This document shows, piece by piece, positions 1 through 8,881 of a DNA stretch of 32,000 bases. The first letter of the stretch is position 1. Every line of letters begins with the position of its first letter. The position numbers and the translations under genes are program-made. Under the pieces are notes generated by a model that made no database searches, was not told where the DNA came from, and saw nothing but the letters and a program-made list of their open reading frames with translations. This stretch comes from Candidatus Iainarchaeum sp. Its GTDB lineage: Archaea > Iainarchaeota > Iainarchaeia > Iainarchaeales > 0-14-0-20-34-12. The DNA lies in contig JAUSKK010000051.1 in assembly GCA_030649345.1 (NCBI GenBank), positions 1,249 through 33,248 on the forward strand. Direction: 5' to 3'.

Positions 1-409
1 CGTAGTCGACGCTAATATTGTAATGGCTGCATTGATTAAAGATTCCTTTACTAGGAATATGCTGCTTAAATCTGAATACTTATTTTATTTTCCTGAACCT
101 GCATTAACTGCTCTTAAAAAATATAAACCATATTTAATCAAAAAATCTGAATTAACAGAATTTGAATTCACTGAATTAGTTAATCTTCTTTTTGAATACA
201 TTTCAATAATTCCTACTCAAACTATCTTGCCGTATTTGAATCAAGCAAGAAAAAGTATTGGATTTCAAGACAAAGAAGATATTGTAATTTTAGCCAGTGC
301 ATTCAGCATCCCTAATTCTGTAATTTGGTCCAACGATGTTGATTTTGAAAAACAAACTGAGATTATTGTGTTTAAAACAAAAGATTTGGCAAATTTAAGT
401 TTTAAATAG
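1..409 (+). CDS. PIN-domain nuclease-like protein, 5' end cut by the window edge
   Basis: The frame of ORF 23..409 stays open back to nt 2 (VVDANIV-MAALIKD...), giving the N-terminal D-x-N acidic signature typical of PIN domains. The distal DKEDIVILASA...WSNDVDF resembles the C-terminal PIN acidic residues. Confidence 0.5.
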   Translation, partial: VVDANIVMAALIKDSFTRNMLLKSEYLFYFPEPALTALKKYKPYLIKKSELTEFEFTELVNLLFEYISIIPTQTILPYLNQARKSIGFQDKEDIVILASAFSIPNSVIWSNDVDFEKQTEIIVFKTKDLANLSFK

Positions 410-433
410 AAGTTTAACTATTATCTAATACAT

Positions 434-1135
434 ATGCCGTCTAGTTCCACCGAAGTTTCTCAAATTGACCTGTTGGTTCATATGGCTTTTTTGCATCAAA
501 GTCATACTGCAATTTCTGAAAGAAGTTTTCATACTCCAGAATATTTAGATTTTTTAGTTCGATTGTATAAGCAAAGAATTGACCAAATTGCGCGTGATCC
601 AAAACGAGTCATGATTTTTATGCCGTCCATTACTGCAGATATAGGATTTTTTTCACCGCAAAGATGGAATCAACATTTACGAGACATTGCAGGTCAAGAA
701 GAACCTGGCAAAGCAGTTCATGAATTAATGCAGTATGCAAAACAAAAATTAGGAAAACGTTTGATTGTAATTGTTTCAGGAATTCAGGATGCAGCTGAAC
801 GAGGAACCAGTGTTTCCAAATTAATGAAAGCACGAGGCCTTCAAATTGATCCATTTAAAATTAAAGTAGAAGCCTACGGAGAGTACGCGCATGGTTGTGT
901 GAAAGGAGAACTGGAAGATTTTTGCAGGGAATTAAAAATTAATTTGCATGATCCCAATAAAGCGAATGTGAAACTAGATTTATGCGGAGACAAACCTGAG
1001 TTGGTTTTGGCGACACAGGTGCGGAAAAAACTATTGGCACGATTTAAATCAAAGCCAAGGATTAGACGAAAGCTTAGGAATAAAATTCAAAGAAAAGGAA
1101 TTCTAAAACGACACAAGCAATCATTACTTCGCTGA
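434..1135 (+). CDS. Orphan protein with a C-terminal Arg/Lys-rich tail, no domain recognised
   Basis: 702-nt ORF in an AT-rich sequence where stops are frequent by chance. The last ~38 aa (nt 1019-1132) read VRKKLLARFKSKPRIRRKLRNKIQRKGILKRHKQSLLR. The KPRIRR core (1052-1069) matches cores in other orphans of this window. Confidence 0.6.
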   Translation: MPSSSTEVSQIDLLVHMAFLHQSHTAISERSFHTPEYLDFLVRLYKQRIDQIARDPKRVMIFMPSITADIGFFSPQRWNQHLRDIAGQEEPGKAVHELMQYAKQKLGKRLIVIVSGIQDAAERGTSVSKLMKARGLQIDPFKIKVEAYGEYAHGCVKGELEDFCRELKINLHDPNKANVKLDLCGDKPELVLATQVRKKLLARFKSKPRIRRKLRNKIQRKGILKRHKQSLLR

Positions 1136-1251
1136 GCGTGAGCTTTAAAAATCATTCTTTTCAATATACGTAGATTCTAGATGGAATTCAATTTTTTTCG
1201 ATTTCTTTTAAGTTTTTTAAGTATTATTTGCGTTAAAAGGAGGGCTTTTGC

Positions 1252-2358
1252 TTGCCTAAAAGCATGCTAAAAGCTCAGCTTGTTTTAGAAAATGGTTCAG
1301 TATATCATGGGTGTTCTTTTGGTTTTCCAGCCTGCACGTCTGGAGAAGTTGTATTCAATACAGGCATGACTGGCTATGCCAGAACTTTAACTGATCCCAG
1401 CTATAAAGGACAAATTTTGACTTTTACATATCCTATGATTGGAAACTATGGAGTGCCTTCTGAAGACGAGCATGAACTAGGGTTATTAAAAAATTTGGAA
1501 TCTGGAAAAATTCAAGTTCAGGCAGTTCTTTTAGCAGATTATTCAGTAAATCCAAATCATTGGCATGCTCAAACTACTTTGCAAGAATGGTTAGAGAAAG
1601 AAAAAATTCCAGGAATTACTGGATTAGATACTAGAGCTTTAACTCAAGAACTCAGAGAACATGGAACCATGTTAGGCAAAATTATTATTGAAAAACAATC
1701 CTTGCAGGAATTTTTTGACCCCAATAAAGTAAACTTAGTCAAAGAAGTAAGTTGTACTCAAGTAAAAAAATACGGAGAAAAAAATACTGGTTTAACAATC
1801 GGAGTATTAGATTGCGGTGTCAAAAATAATATTTTGCGTTGCTTGATTAAACGAAATTGTACGATTATTCGTTTTCCTTGGAATTATGATTTTTTAGAAA
1901 ACAATATTTCCATCGATGGCTTGCTGGTCAGCAATGGCCCAGGTGATCCCAAAATGGCGAAAGAAAGTATTGAAATTATTCGAAAAGCCATGGAAAAAAA
2001 TTTGCCAATGTTTGGAATTTGTTTAGGTTCTCAATTAATGGCTTTGGCTGCTGGCGCAAATACCTACAAACTCAAATACGGGCATAGAGCTCAAAATCAG
2101 CCAGTTCAAGTGGTGAATGAAATGAAAGGATTTATTACTTCGCAAAATCATGGATTTGCAGTGGATGTAAAAACTTTACCGAAAGGATGGATTAATTGGA
2201 TGACTAATCTGAATGATGAAAGCAATGAAGGAATTAAACATGAAAGCAAACCGTTTATGGCTGTGCAATTTCATCCAGAAGCAAGTCCTGGGCCAACAGA
2301 TACTGAATTTTTATTTGATGAATTTTTAGAATTAGTAAAAAAACAAAAAAAAGATTGA
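1252..2358 (+). CDS. carA: Carbamoyl-phosphate synthase small (glutamine amidotransferase) subunit
   Basis: N-terminal CPSase small-chain motifs (GEVVFNTGMTGY, LTDPSYKGQI). Class I GATase active-site context GICLGSQL plus FHPE. AAGGAGGG sits 6 nt upstream of the TTG start. Confidence 0.9.
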   Translation: MPKSMLKAQLVLENGSVYHGCSFGFPACTSGEVVFNTGMTGYARTLTDPSYKGQILTFTYPMIGNYGVPSEDEHELGLLKNLESGKIQVQAVLLADYSVNPNHWHAQTTLQEWLEKEKIPGITGLDTRALTQELREHGTMLGKIIIEKQSLQEFFDPNKVNLVKEVSCTQVKKYGEKNTGLTIGVLDCGVKNNILRCLIKRNCTIIRFPWNYDFLENNISIDGLLVSNGPGDPKMAKESIEIIRKAMEKNLPMFGICLGSQLMALAAGANTYKLKYGHRAQNQPVQVVNEMKGFITSQNHGFAVDVKTLPKGWINWMTNLNDESNEGIKHESKPFMAVQFHPEASPGPTDTEFLFDEFLELVKKQKKD

Positions 2359-2359
2359 T

Positions 2360-2866
2360 ATGAATACACACGAAGAACCAGAAATGTTGACTGTAGTCAA
2401 TGAGTTAGATACTGTGCTTGGAAAAGCTACCAAAGACCAAGTTTTAAGTGAAAATTTATTGCATCGCGGAATAGGTGTTTTGGTGTTTAATCTCAAAAAC
2501 GAATTATTAATTCATCAAAGACCTGCGGATAAGAAAACTTCACCGAATTTATGGGATTGTTTTATTGCCGGCGGAGTGCGATTTGGAGAAACCTATGAAA
2601 AAGCAGCTATGCGTGAATTAGAAGAAGAAATTGGTGTCAATGTTGATCGAATTAATTTTTTATTCAAAGAATTAATGGTTTTAAAATATAGTTTTATGCT
2701 GGCTGTGTTTGAAACCAAAATTTCTGAAAAAATTAAACCTAGTGCAAGAGAAGTTTTAAATCCAGAATTTATAAAACTAAGTGAACTTGAAAAAGTATTA
2801 AAGGAACGAGAGTTTTCAAAAAAAAATTATATGTTAATCCCAAAATATTTGAAGGAATTTCAATGA
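2360..2866 (+). CDS. Nudix hydrolase, IDI-like subfamily
   Basis: Perfect Nudix box G-x5-E-x7-REUxEExGU in GGVRFGETYEKAAMRELEEEIGV. LLHRGIGVLVFN...LLIHQR resembles type-1 IPP isomerase-like Nudix proteins, but I do not see the IDI catalytic Cys. The start lies 1 nt after the carA stop, and the stop overlaps the carB ATG (ATGA). Confidence 0.8.
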   Translation: MNTHEEPEMLTVVNELDTVLGKATKDQVLSENLLHRGIGVLVFNLKNELLIHQRPADKKTSPNLWDCFIAGGVRFGETYEKAAMRELEEEIGVNVDRINFLFKELMVLKYSFMLAVFETKISEKIKPSAREVLNPEFIKLSELEKVLKEREFSKKNYMLIPKYLKEFQ

Positions 2867-5800
2867 CTTTGAAAAGTAAAATAACTAAACCTAAAAAAGT
2901 TTTAATCCTTGGTTCAGGTGCTTTAAAAATTGGGCAAGCTGGAGAATTTGATTATTCAGGGTCTCAGTGCTTGAAGGCTTTGAAAGAAGAAGGAATTCAA
3001 ACTGTTTTAATTAATCCCAATATTGCAACCATTCAAACCAGTCATGAGTTAGCAAATGAAATTTATTTTTTACCGGTTACTTGTGATTTTGTAGAAAAAG
3101 TTATTGAAAAAGAAAAGCCTGACGCTATTATGTTAGCCTTTGGCGGACAAACTGCACTCAATTGCGGTATTGAATTATTCAAAAAAGGAATTTTGAAAAA
3201 ACACAATGTGCAAGTTCTAGGAACTCAAGTTCAAACTATTATTGATACTGAAGATCGAGAATTATTTAAAAAAAAGCTGGCTGAAATTCAAGTAGATATG
3301 CCCAAAAGCATTGCTTGTGAAACTTTAAATGAATCATTAAAAGCAGCTGAAAAAATTGGTTATCCTGTATTAATTCGCGGAGCATTTGCTTTAGGCGGAG
3401 AAGGATCTGGTTTAGCCAATACAAAAACAGAACTCGAAGGATTGGTTGGAAAAGCATTAACGATTTCTCCGCAAATTTTAGTAGAAGAATACTTGAAAGG
3501 CTGGAAAGAAATAGAATACGAAGTTGTACGAGACCAATATGGCAATTGCATTACTGTGTGCAATATGGAAAATTTTGATCCTATGGGAATTCACACAGGA
3601 GAAAGTATTGTGGTGGCGCCTTCTCAAACTTTGTCCAATGGAGAATATCATTTATTGAGAACAATTGCCATTCGAACCATTCGGCATTTAGGAATTGTAG
3701 GAGAATGCAATATTCAGTATGCTTTAAATCCAACTAAAAAAGAATATAGAGTCATTGAAGTAAATGCAAGACTATCCAGAAGCAGTGCTTTGGCCAGTAA
3801 AGCTACAGGTTATCCTTTGGCATTTATTGCAGCTAAGTTAGCTTTAGGAAAAAGTTTATTGGAATTAAAAAATTCAGTAACTCAAAAAACAACTGCTTTT
3901 TTTGAACCTGCTTTAGATTATTGTGTGGTTAAATTTCCGAGATGGGATTTAGAAAAATTCCAAAAAGTCAGCAAATATTTAGGTTCGGAAATGAAAAGTG
4001 TCGGAGAAGTCATGGCTATTGGACGAACTTTTGAAGAAGCCATCCAGAAAGCCATTCGAATGCTGGACTTAAATATTGAAGGATTTACTGAACATTCGTT
4101 TGAATTCAAAGATGTAGAACAAGAACTCAAACATCCGACCGATAAACGTTTTTTTGCAATCTATCAGGCTTTAGATAAAGGATTAAGTCCTAAAAAAATC
4201 CATGAATTGACTGGAATAGACTCTTGGTTTTTGCATAGATTAAATCACATTTTTGACGTCAAAAATAAACTAGAACAATATCCTTTGACGAAAGATTTAT
4301 TGTTGGAAGCTAAAAAAACAGGATTTAGTGACAAAGGAATTGCAGTTACTGTAAAAAAGAAAGGACAAGAAATTAGTCAATTACGAAAAAAATGGAAAAT
4401 TCAGCCAGTCGTAAAACAAATTGATACTCTGGCAGCAGAATGGCCTGCGAAAACAAATTATTTGTATTTAACCTATCATGGAATAAAAGACGATATTGTT
4501 TTCAAACAAAAAAAGAATGTCATTGTCATTGGTTCAGGGCCTTACAGAATTGGTTCCAGTGTAGAATTTGACTGGTGTTCAGTCAATGCTGTGAATACTT
4601 TAAACAAAACAGGATATACGACTACTTTGATTAATTTTAATCCAGAAACAGTCAGCACAGATTACGATATTTGTGATCGCTTGTATTTTGAAGAACTATC
4701 TTTTGAGCGATTGTTAGATATTTATGAAAAAGAAAAACCTTTGGGTTTAATTTTAAGCACTGGCGGACAAATTGCCAATAACTTAGCGCCTTATTGTAAG
4801 CAATTTGGTTTGAAAGTTTTGGGAACCCAGCCTCAAAATATTGATTTAGCTGAAAATAGACACAAGTTTAGTGCTTTATGTGATGACTTAAAAATTGGCC
4901 AGCCGGAATGGAGTGAACTTGTAACTGAAAAACAAGCCGTGGAATTTTCAGACAAAGTTGGATTTCCTGTATTGGTTAGGCCGAGTTATGTTTTAAGCGG
5001 TCAAGCTATGCGGGTTGCATTTAATGAAACTGACTTACAAGAATATTTGAAGACTGCAGTTCAAGTTTCCAAAAAATATCCTGTGACTATCTCTAAATTT
5101 ATCATCAATGCCAAAGAAATTGAAGTCGATGCCGTAGCTCAAAATGGGAAAGTGTTATGTTATGCTGTCACAGAACATGTCGAAAATGCAGGCGTACATT
5201 CCGGGGATGCTACCATTGTAATGCCGGCTCAAAAAATTTATATTCAAACAGCCAATGAAGCCTTAAATATTACTGGCCAGTTAGCTAAGGCATTGAAGAT
5301 TACAGGGCCGTTTAATGTACAATTTTTGGCTAAAAATAATAAAGTCAAAGTCATTGAATGTAATCTAAGAGCCAGCCGAAGTTTTCCGTTTGTCAGCAAA
5401 GTTACTGGGTCTAATTTTATTGAAGTGGCTGTGAAAGCCATTATGAAACAAAAACAAAAATTGAAACAAATTAGTCCATTTGAATTAAATCATGTAGGAA
5501 TTAAAGCCCCGCAATTTTCATTTTCTAGATTACGCGGAGCTGATCCTGTGTTAAGTGTAGAAATGGCTTCTACAGGTGAAGTTGCTTGCTTAGGTACAGA
5601 TATTTCGGATGCATTTTTGAAATCCATTATAGCCACAGGATTTAAGCTGCCGAAAAAAAATATTTTAATTTCTATTTCAGGAGATAAAAACAGAATTAAA
5701 TTACTGGAACAATTAAAACATTTAAAAAAACAAGGATTTGTACTTTACGGAACAGAACATACTGCTGAGTTTTATTCAAGTCAAAAAATTCCTGTAAAAA

Positions 5801-6072
5801 TGGTTCATAAATTGCATGAAAAAAAAGAACCCAATATTGGAACATATTTAAGAGAAAAGAAAATTGATTTAGTAGTATGCGTTCCAGAAAATGTTACACC
5901 CAAAGAATTATTGGATGAATTTGAAATCCGAAGAATTGCTGTAGACTTTGGAGTTCCATTAATTACCAATATTCAGTTAGCTAAATTGTTTTTTAATTCA
6001 TTGACTCGCATGAGCTCTAAAGAATTTGAAATCCAGCCGTGGAGTTATTATTTAAAAAACATGAAAAAATAA
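2863..6072 (+). CDS. carB: Carbamoyl-phosphate synthase large subunit
   Basis: 1069 aa with two ATP-grasp halves. Each half starts with a K-x-(V)LI(L/I)GSGP/A-x-IGQ-type motif (VLILGSGALKIGQAGEFDYSG and VIVIGSGPYRIGSSVEFDW). IEVNARLSRSSALASKATGYPLA is present, as is a C-terminal MGS-like domain. Confidence 0.95.
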   Translation: MTLKSKITKPKKVLILGSGALKIGQAGEFDYSGSQCLKALKEEGIQTVLINPNIATIQTSHELANEIYFLPVTCDFVEKVIEKEKPDAIMLAFGGQTALNCGIELFKKGILKKHNVQVLGTQVQTIIDTEDRELFKKKLAEIQVDMPKSIACETLNESLKAAEKIGYPVLIRGAFALGGEGSGLANTKTELEGLVGKALTISPQILVEEYLKGWKEIEYEVVRDQYGNCITVCNMENFDPMGIHTGESIVVAPSQTLSNGEYHLLRTIAIRTIRHLGIVGECNIQYALNPTKKEYRVIEVNARLSRSSALASKATGYPLAFIAAKLALGKSLLELKNSVTQKTTAFFEPALDYCVVKFPRWDLEKFQKVSKYLGSEMKSVGEVMAIGRTFEEAIQKAIRMLDLNIEGFTEHSFEFKDVEQELKHPTDKRFFAIYQALDKGLSPKKIHELTGIDSWFLHRLNHIFDVKNKLEQYPLTKDLLLEAKKTGFSDKGIAVTVKKKGQEISQLRKKWKIQPVVKQIDTLAAEWPAKTNYLYLTYHGIKDDIVFKQKKNVIVIGSGPYRIGSSVEFDWCSVNAVNTLNKTGYTTTLINFNPETVSTDYDICDRLYFEELSFERLLDIYEKEKPLGLILSTGGQIANNLAPYCKQFGLKVLGTQPQNIDLAENRHKFSALCDDLKIGQPEWSELVTEKQAVEFSDKVGFPVLVRPSYVLSGQAMRVAFNETDLQEYLKTAVQVSKKYPVTISKFIINAKEIEVDAVAQNGKVLCYAVTEHVENAGVHSGDATIVMPAQKIYIQTANEALNITGQLAKALKITGPFNVQFLAKNNKVKVIECNLRASRSFPFVSKVTGSNFIEVAVKAIMKQKQKLKQISPFELNHVGIKAPQFSFSRLRGADPVLSVEMASTGEVACLGTDISDAFLKSIIATGFKLPKKNILISISGDKNRIKLLEQLKHLKKQGFVLYGTEHTAEFYSSQKIPVKMVHKLHEKKEPNIGTYLREKKIDLVVCVPENVTPKELLDEFEIRRIAVDFGVPLITNIQLAKLFFNSLTRMSSKEFEIQPWSYYLKNMKK

Positions 6073-6151
6073 TCACATGCAGTCGAAGTTTTAGCTGAAA
6101 AAAGTAATATACTTAAAAACTTGAATTCCGTTTTTTTATAGGTGAGCCTTT

Positions 6152-6670
6152 TTGTCTGAACTTGAATGGATTACTTTAGTGAATGAACACGATACAATAC
6201 TCGGAAAAGAAGATCGAGTGATTGCCCGTAAAAAAGCTTTACTGCATCGCGGTGTTGGAGTCTTGGTCTTTAATTCCAATCAAGAATTATTGGTTCACAA
6301 ACGATCTTCCGAGAAAACAGTGTATCCTAATTTGTTTGATGTTATTGTAGGCGGCAGTGTTTTATGGAACGAAAGTTACTCACAAGCAGCTATTCGTGAA
6401 CTCCAAGAAGAAATTGGATTGAATTGTTTAGATTTAAAATTTTTATTTCCATTCAAATATCGTTCCATTGAACGCAATCTAAATTTTGAAATTTTTACCT
6501 GCATCATGAATCAAAAAGCAGTATTGCAAAAAGAAGAAATCAAATACAGTTTATTTTTGAATCTAGATCAAGTGATTGAATTAATGAAAAGCGAAGGATT
6601 TTGTCCTTACGCGCACGGAATCATGAACGAGTACTTTAAATTAATTCACAAGCCTTTGGTGATTGAATGA
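6152..6670 (+). CDS. Nudix hydrolase, paralogue of 2360..2866
   Basis: Nudix box GSVLWNESYSQAAIRELQEEIGL. Collinear similarity to the first Nudix (VNE.DT.LGK, LLHRG.GVLVFN, ELL.H.R, PNL.D). TTG start preceded by AGGTGAG. Confidence 0.8.
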   Translation: MSELEWITLVNEHDTILGKEDRVIARKKALLHRGVGVLVFNSNQELLVHKRSSEKTVYPNLFDVIVGGSVLWNESYSQAAIRELQEEIGLNCLDLKFLFPFKYRSIERNLNFEIFTCIMNQKAVLQKEEIKYSLFLNLDQVIELMKSEGFCPYAHGIMNEYFKLIHKPLVIE

Positions 6671-6685
6671 ATTCAAAACCACTGG

Positions 6686-6772
6686 TTTTGAAAATTTGTG
6701 AAAATTTAGCGAATTTTCACAATTATAAAATTCAAAAGAATTTTATATTTTTAAAATTCAGGAGAATTTTAA
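6686..6772 (+). promoter_or_regulatory. Putative promoter/operator of the citryl-CoA synthetase operon
   Basis: Two GAAAATTT boxes (6690-6697, 6700-6707). Perfect 9-bp inverted repeat GTGAAAATT/AATTTTCAC (6698-6706 / 6712-6720), i.e. TGAAAA-N9-TTTTCA. A/T-rich TATA-like ATTATAAAA (6722-6730). SD CAGGAG (6759-6764). Block 6713-6746 is 31/34 identical to 15190-15223. Confidence 0.5.
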
Positions 6773-7966
6773 ATGAAACTGTTTGAGTTTGAAGGAAAAC
6801 AATTATTTCAAAAATATAAAATTAGTATTCCCATGAGTACTGTTTTTTCCAAGGAAGTAAAAATAAATTTACTGGAATTCAAGCAAGGATATGCTGTGAA
6901 AGCTCAAGTAACTGCAGGCAAACGCGGAGTTTCCGGCGGCGTGGTATTAACTCATTCAAAAATTGAAGCTGAACAAGCAGTGCACGAATTATTTTCTAAA
7001 AAAATTCATGGCTTTCCAGTTGAACATGTATTGGTAGAAGAAAAACAGAATATTGAGTGCATGTATTATTTTTCAATTACGTATGATACTGTAGAAAAAT
7101 GTCCGGTTTTGTCTTTTTCAAAAAATGGCGGAATTGATATTGAAAAAATGGTTGACTTATACAGACTAGATATTCCTATTGAATATAATTCTAAACAAGT
7201 TTTAGATTGGCTGAATTCTATTGGTTTACAGAAAGTGAATTTAAGTGATTTAGAACAACTGATTTGTCAAGCATTTACTTGTTTTTTAGAAGAAGATTTA
7301 CGAGTCTTAGAAATCAATCCATTGGTTTTTTCACAAGAACAAAAATGGATTGCGTGTGATTCCAAAATTTTAACAGACGATGATGCTCAGTTTCGACACA
7401 AAGAAAGAATTTTTCCGTCAAGGAATGAGTTTGGAAAAATTCCAACCATTCGAGAATTGCAAGCTAAAGAAATTGACCAAGATGATTATCGAGGAGTAGG
7501 TGGAAAGTATACTGAATTGACTGGCAATATTGCTATGTTGACTGCTGGCGGTGGTGCTAGTTTAACGAATATGGATGCTTTGTTAGCGTATGGTGGAAAG
7601 CCTGCGAATTATACTGAATATGGGGGTAATCCTCCACAAGAAAAAGTCTATAAGTTAACAAAAGTTATCTTATCTAAACCTGGTTTGGTGGGTTGTTGGC
7701 ATGTAGGTGGAACTGCAAATAATACTCAAATTGATGTCACAATGAAAGGTTTTGCTTTAGCTTTAGAGGAAATTAAGCCAGAGTATCCGATTGTGGTTCG
7801 AAGAGATGGACCAAATTCAAGTGAAGGTTTTAGAATTTTAGAAGAAACTGCTAAAAAATTAAAATTGAATTTGAAATGGTTTGACAAAAATATGCCTATG
7901 ACTGAGAGTGCAGAAGTGTTAATGAAAATGGTTAAAGAGTATCAAAAAAAGAAAGGATTGAATTAG
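6773..7966 (+). CDS. ccsA: ATP-grasp beta-type subunit of citryl-CoA synthetase / ATP-citrate lyase family
   Basis: The N-terminus is SucC-like (MKLFEFEGKQLF). The C-terminal half carries motifs I associate with ACL rather than SucC. These are LTAGGGAS, PANYTEYGGNPPQEKVYKLTKVIL, GGTANNTQIDVTMKGF and IVVRRDGPNSSEGFRIL (compare ACLY AGGGASV, ANYGEYSGAP, GGSIANFTNV, VRRGGPNYQEG). Confidence 0.7.
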   Translation: MKLFEFEGKQLFQKYKISIPMSTVFSKEVKINLLEFKQGYAVKAQVTAGKRGVSGGVVLTHSKIEAEQAVHELFSKKIHGFPVEHVLVEEKQNIECMYYFSITYDTVEKCPVLSFSKNGGIDIEKMVDLYRLDIPIEYNSKQVLDWLNSIGLQKVNLSDLEQLICQAFTCFLEEDLRVLEINPLVFSQEQKWIACDSKILTDDDAQFRHKERIFPSRNEFGKIPTIRELQAKEIDQDDYRGVGGKYTELTGNIAMLTAGGGASLTNMDALLAYGGKPANYTEYGGNPPQEKVYKLTKVILSKPGLVGCWHVGGTANNTQIDVTMKGFALALEEIKPEYPIVVRRDGPNSSEGFRILEETAKKLKLNLKWFDKNMPMTESAEVLMKMVKEYQKKKGLN

Positions 7967-7967
7967 T

Positions 7968-8858
7968 ATGAGTATTTTGGTTGGAAAAGGTTCCCGAATT
8001 TTAATTCAAGGAATTACTGGAAGAGAAGCTTCTATGATTTTGCCGGATATGTTAAAATATGGTTCGAAGGTTTTAGCTGGAGTAACTCCAGGAAAAGGCG
8101 GACAAACCATTCAAGGAATTCCTGTGTATGATTCTGTTAAAGAAGCTTTGGATATTCATTCAGAAATTAATACTTCTTTGGTTTATGTTCCTCCGTTTGC
8201 TGCAAAACAAGCATGCATGGAGGCTTTAGATAATGGAATTCATTTATTGAATGTTGTAACTGAACGAGTACCTGTACGCGATAGTTGGGCGATTATTAAG
8301 AAAGCCAAAGAACTGAATGCTCGAGTTATTGGTCCAACTTCTTTGGGAATTATTTCTCCAGGCAAATGTAAGCTGGGTCCAATTGGAGGAAATGATCCTA
8401 GTTCAGTGTATCAAGAAGGTTCAATTGGTGTAATGTCTAAAAGTGGGGGTATGACTACTGAGACTTCTTGGGTTTTGCGTTTGAATGATTTTGGTCAAAG
8501 CACTGCAGTTGGTTTGGGCGGCGATGTATTAATGGGTTCTATGTTTACAGACTTGTTGCCTTTGTTTAATGAAGACCAGCAAACCAAGGCTATTGTAATA
8601 TTCGGAGAATTGGGTGGCTTGCAAGAGAATGCTGTGGCAGAATATGTAAAACACTTTGGCCAGCCTAAGCCCATTGTTGCTTTTATTGCTGGAAAGTTTT
8701 CAGAACACTTGCCTCAAGCCATTTTTGGTCATGCCGGTGCCATTATCCAAGGCGGTAAAGATTCACCACATGAAAAAATTAAAGAATTAGAAACTGCAGG
8801 AATACGCGTTGCAAAAGTACATCACGAGATAGGGGAAATATTGAAGGAAGTTTTATAA
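7968..8858 (+). CDS. ccsB: CoA-binding alpha-type subunit of citryl-CoA (or succinyl-CoA) synthetase
   Basis: SucD-like throughout: MSIL..., GVTPGKGG, SKSGGMT. Phosphohistidine loop FGHAGAIIQGGK. The start is 1 nt after the upstream gene's stop. Confidence 0.7.
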   Translation: MSILVGKGSRILIQGITGREASMILPDMLKYGSKVLAGVTPGKGGQTIQGIPVYDSVKEALDIHSEINTSLVYVPPFAAKQACMEALDNGIHLLNVVTERVPVRDSWAIIKKAKELNARVIGPTSLGIISPGKCKLGPIGGNDPSSVYQEGSIGVMSKSGGMTTETSWVLRLNDFGQSTAVGLGGDVLMGSMFTDLLPLFNEDQQTKAIVIFGELGGLQENAVAEYVKHFGQPKPIVAFIAGKFSEHLPQAIFGHAGAIIQGGKDSPHEKIKELETAGIRVAKVHHEIGEILKEVL

Positions 8859-8881
8859 GCAAGAAATTTCGTTAATTAATT

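Noticed and set aside
2360-2866. Calling the two Nudix genes isopentenyl-diphosphate isomerase (idi).
   Set aside because: The overall similarity is to the IDI-like Nudix subgroup, but I do not see the catalytic Cys motif (the position reads WDCFIAGG / FDVIVGGS rather than NxxCxHP). The generic Nudix hydrolase call is safer.
6773-8858. Ordinary succinyl-CoA synthetase (sucCD) as the identity of the two-subunit ligase.
   Set aside because: The alpha subunit alone would fit SucD. However, the beta subunit's C-terminal half matches ACL-type motifs (AGGGAS, ANYxEYxG, VRRxGPN) instead of the SucC motifs (VNGAGLAM, ANFLDVGGGA), and a citryl-CoA lyase domain is encoded nearby. Kept as an alternative at lower probability.
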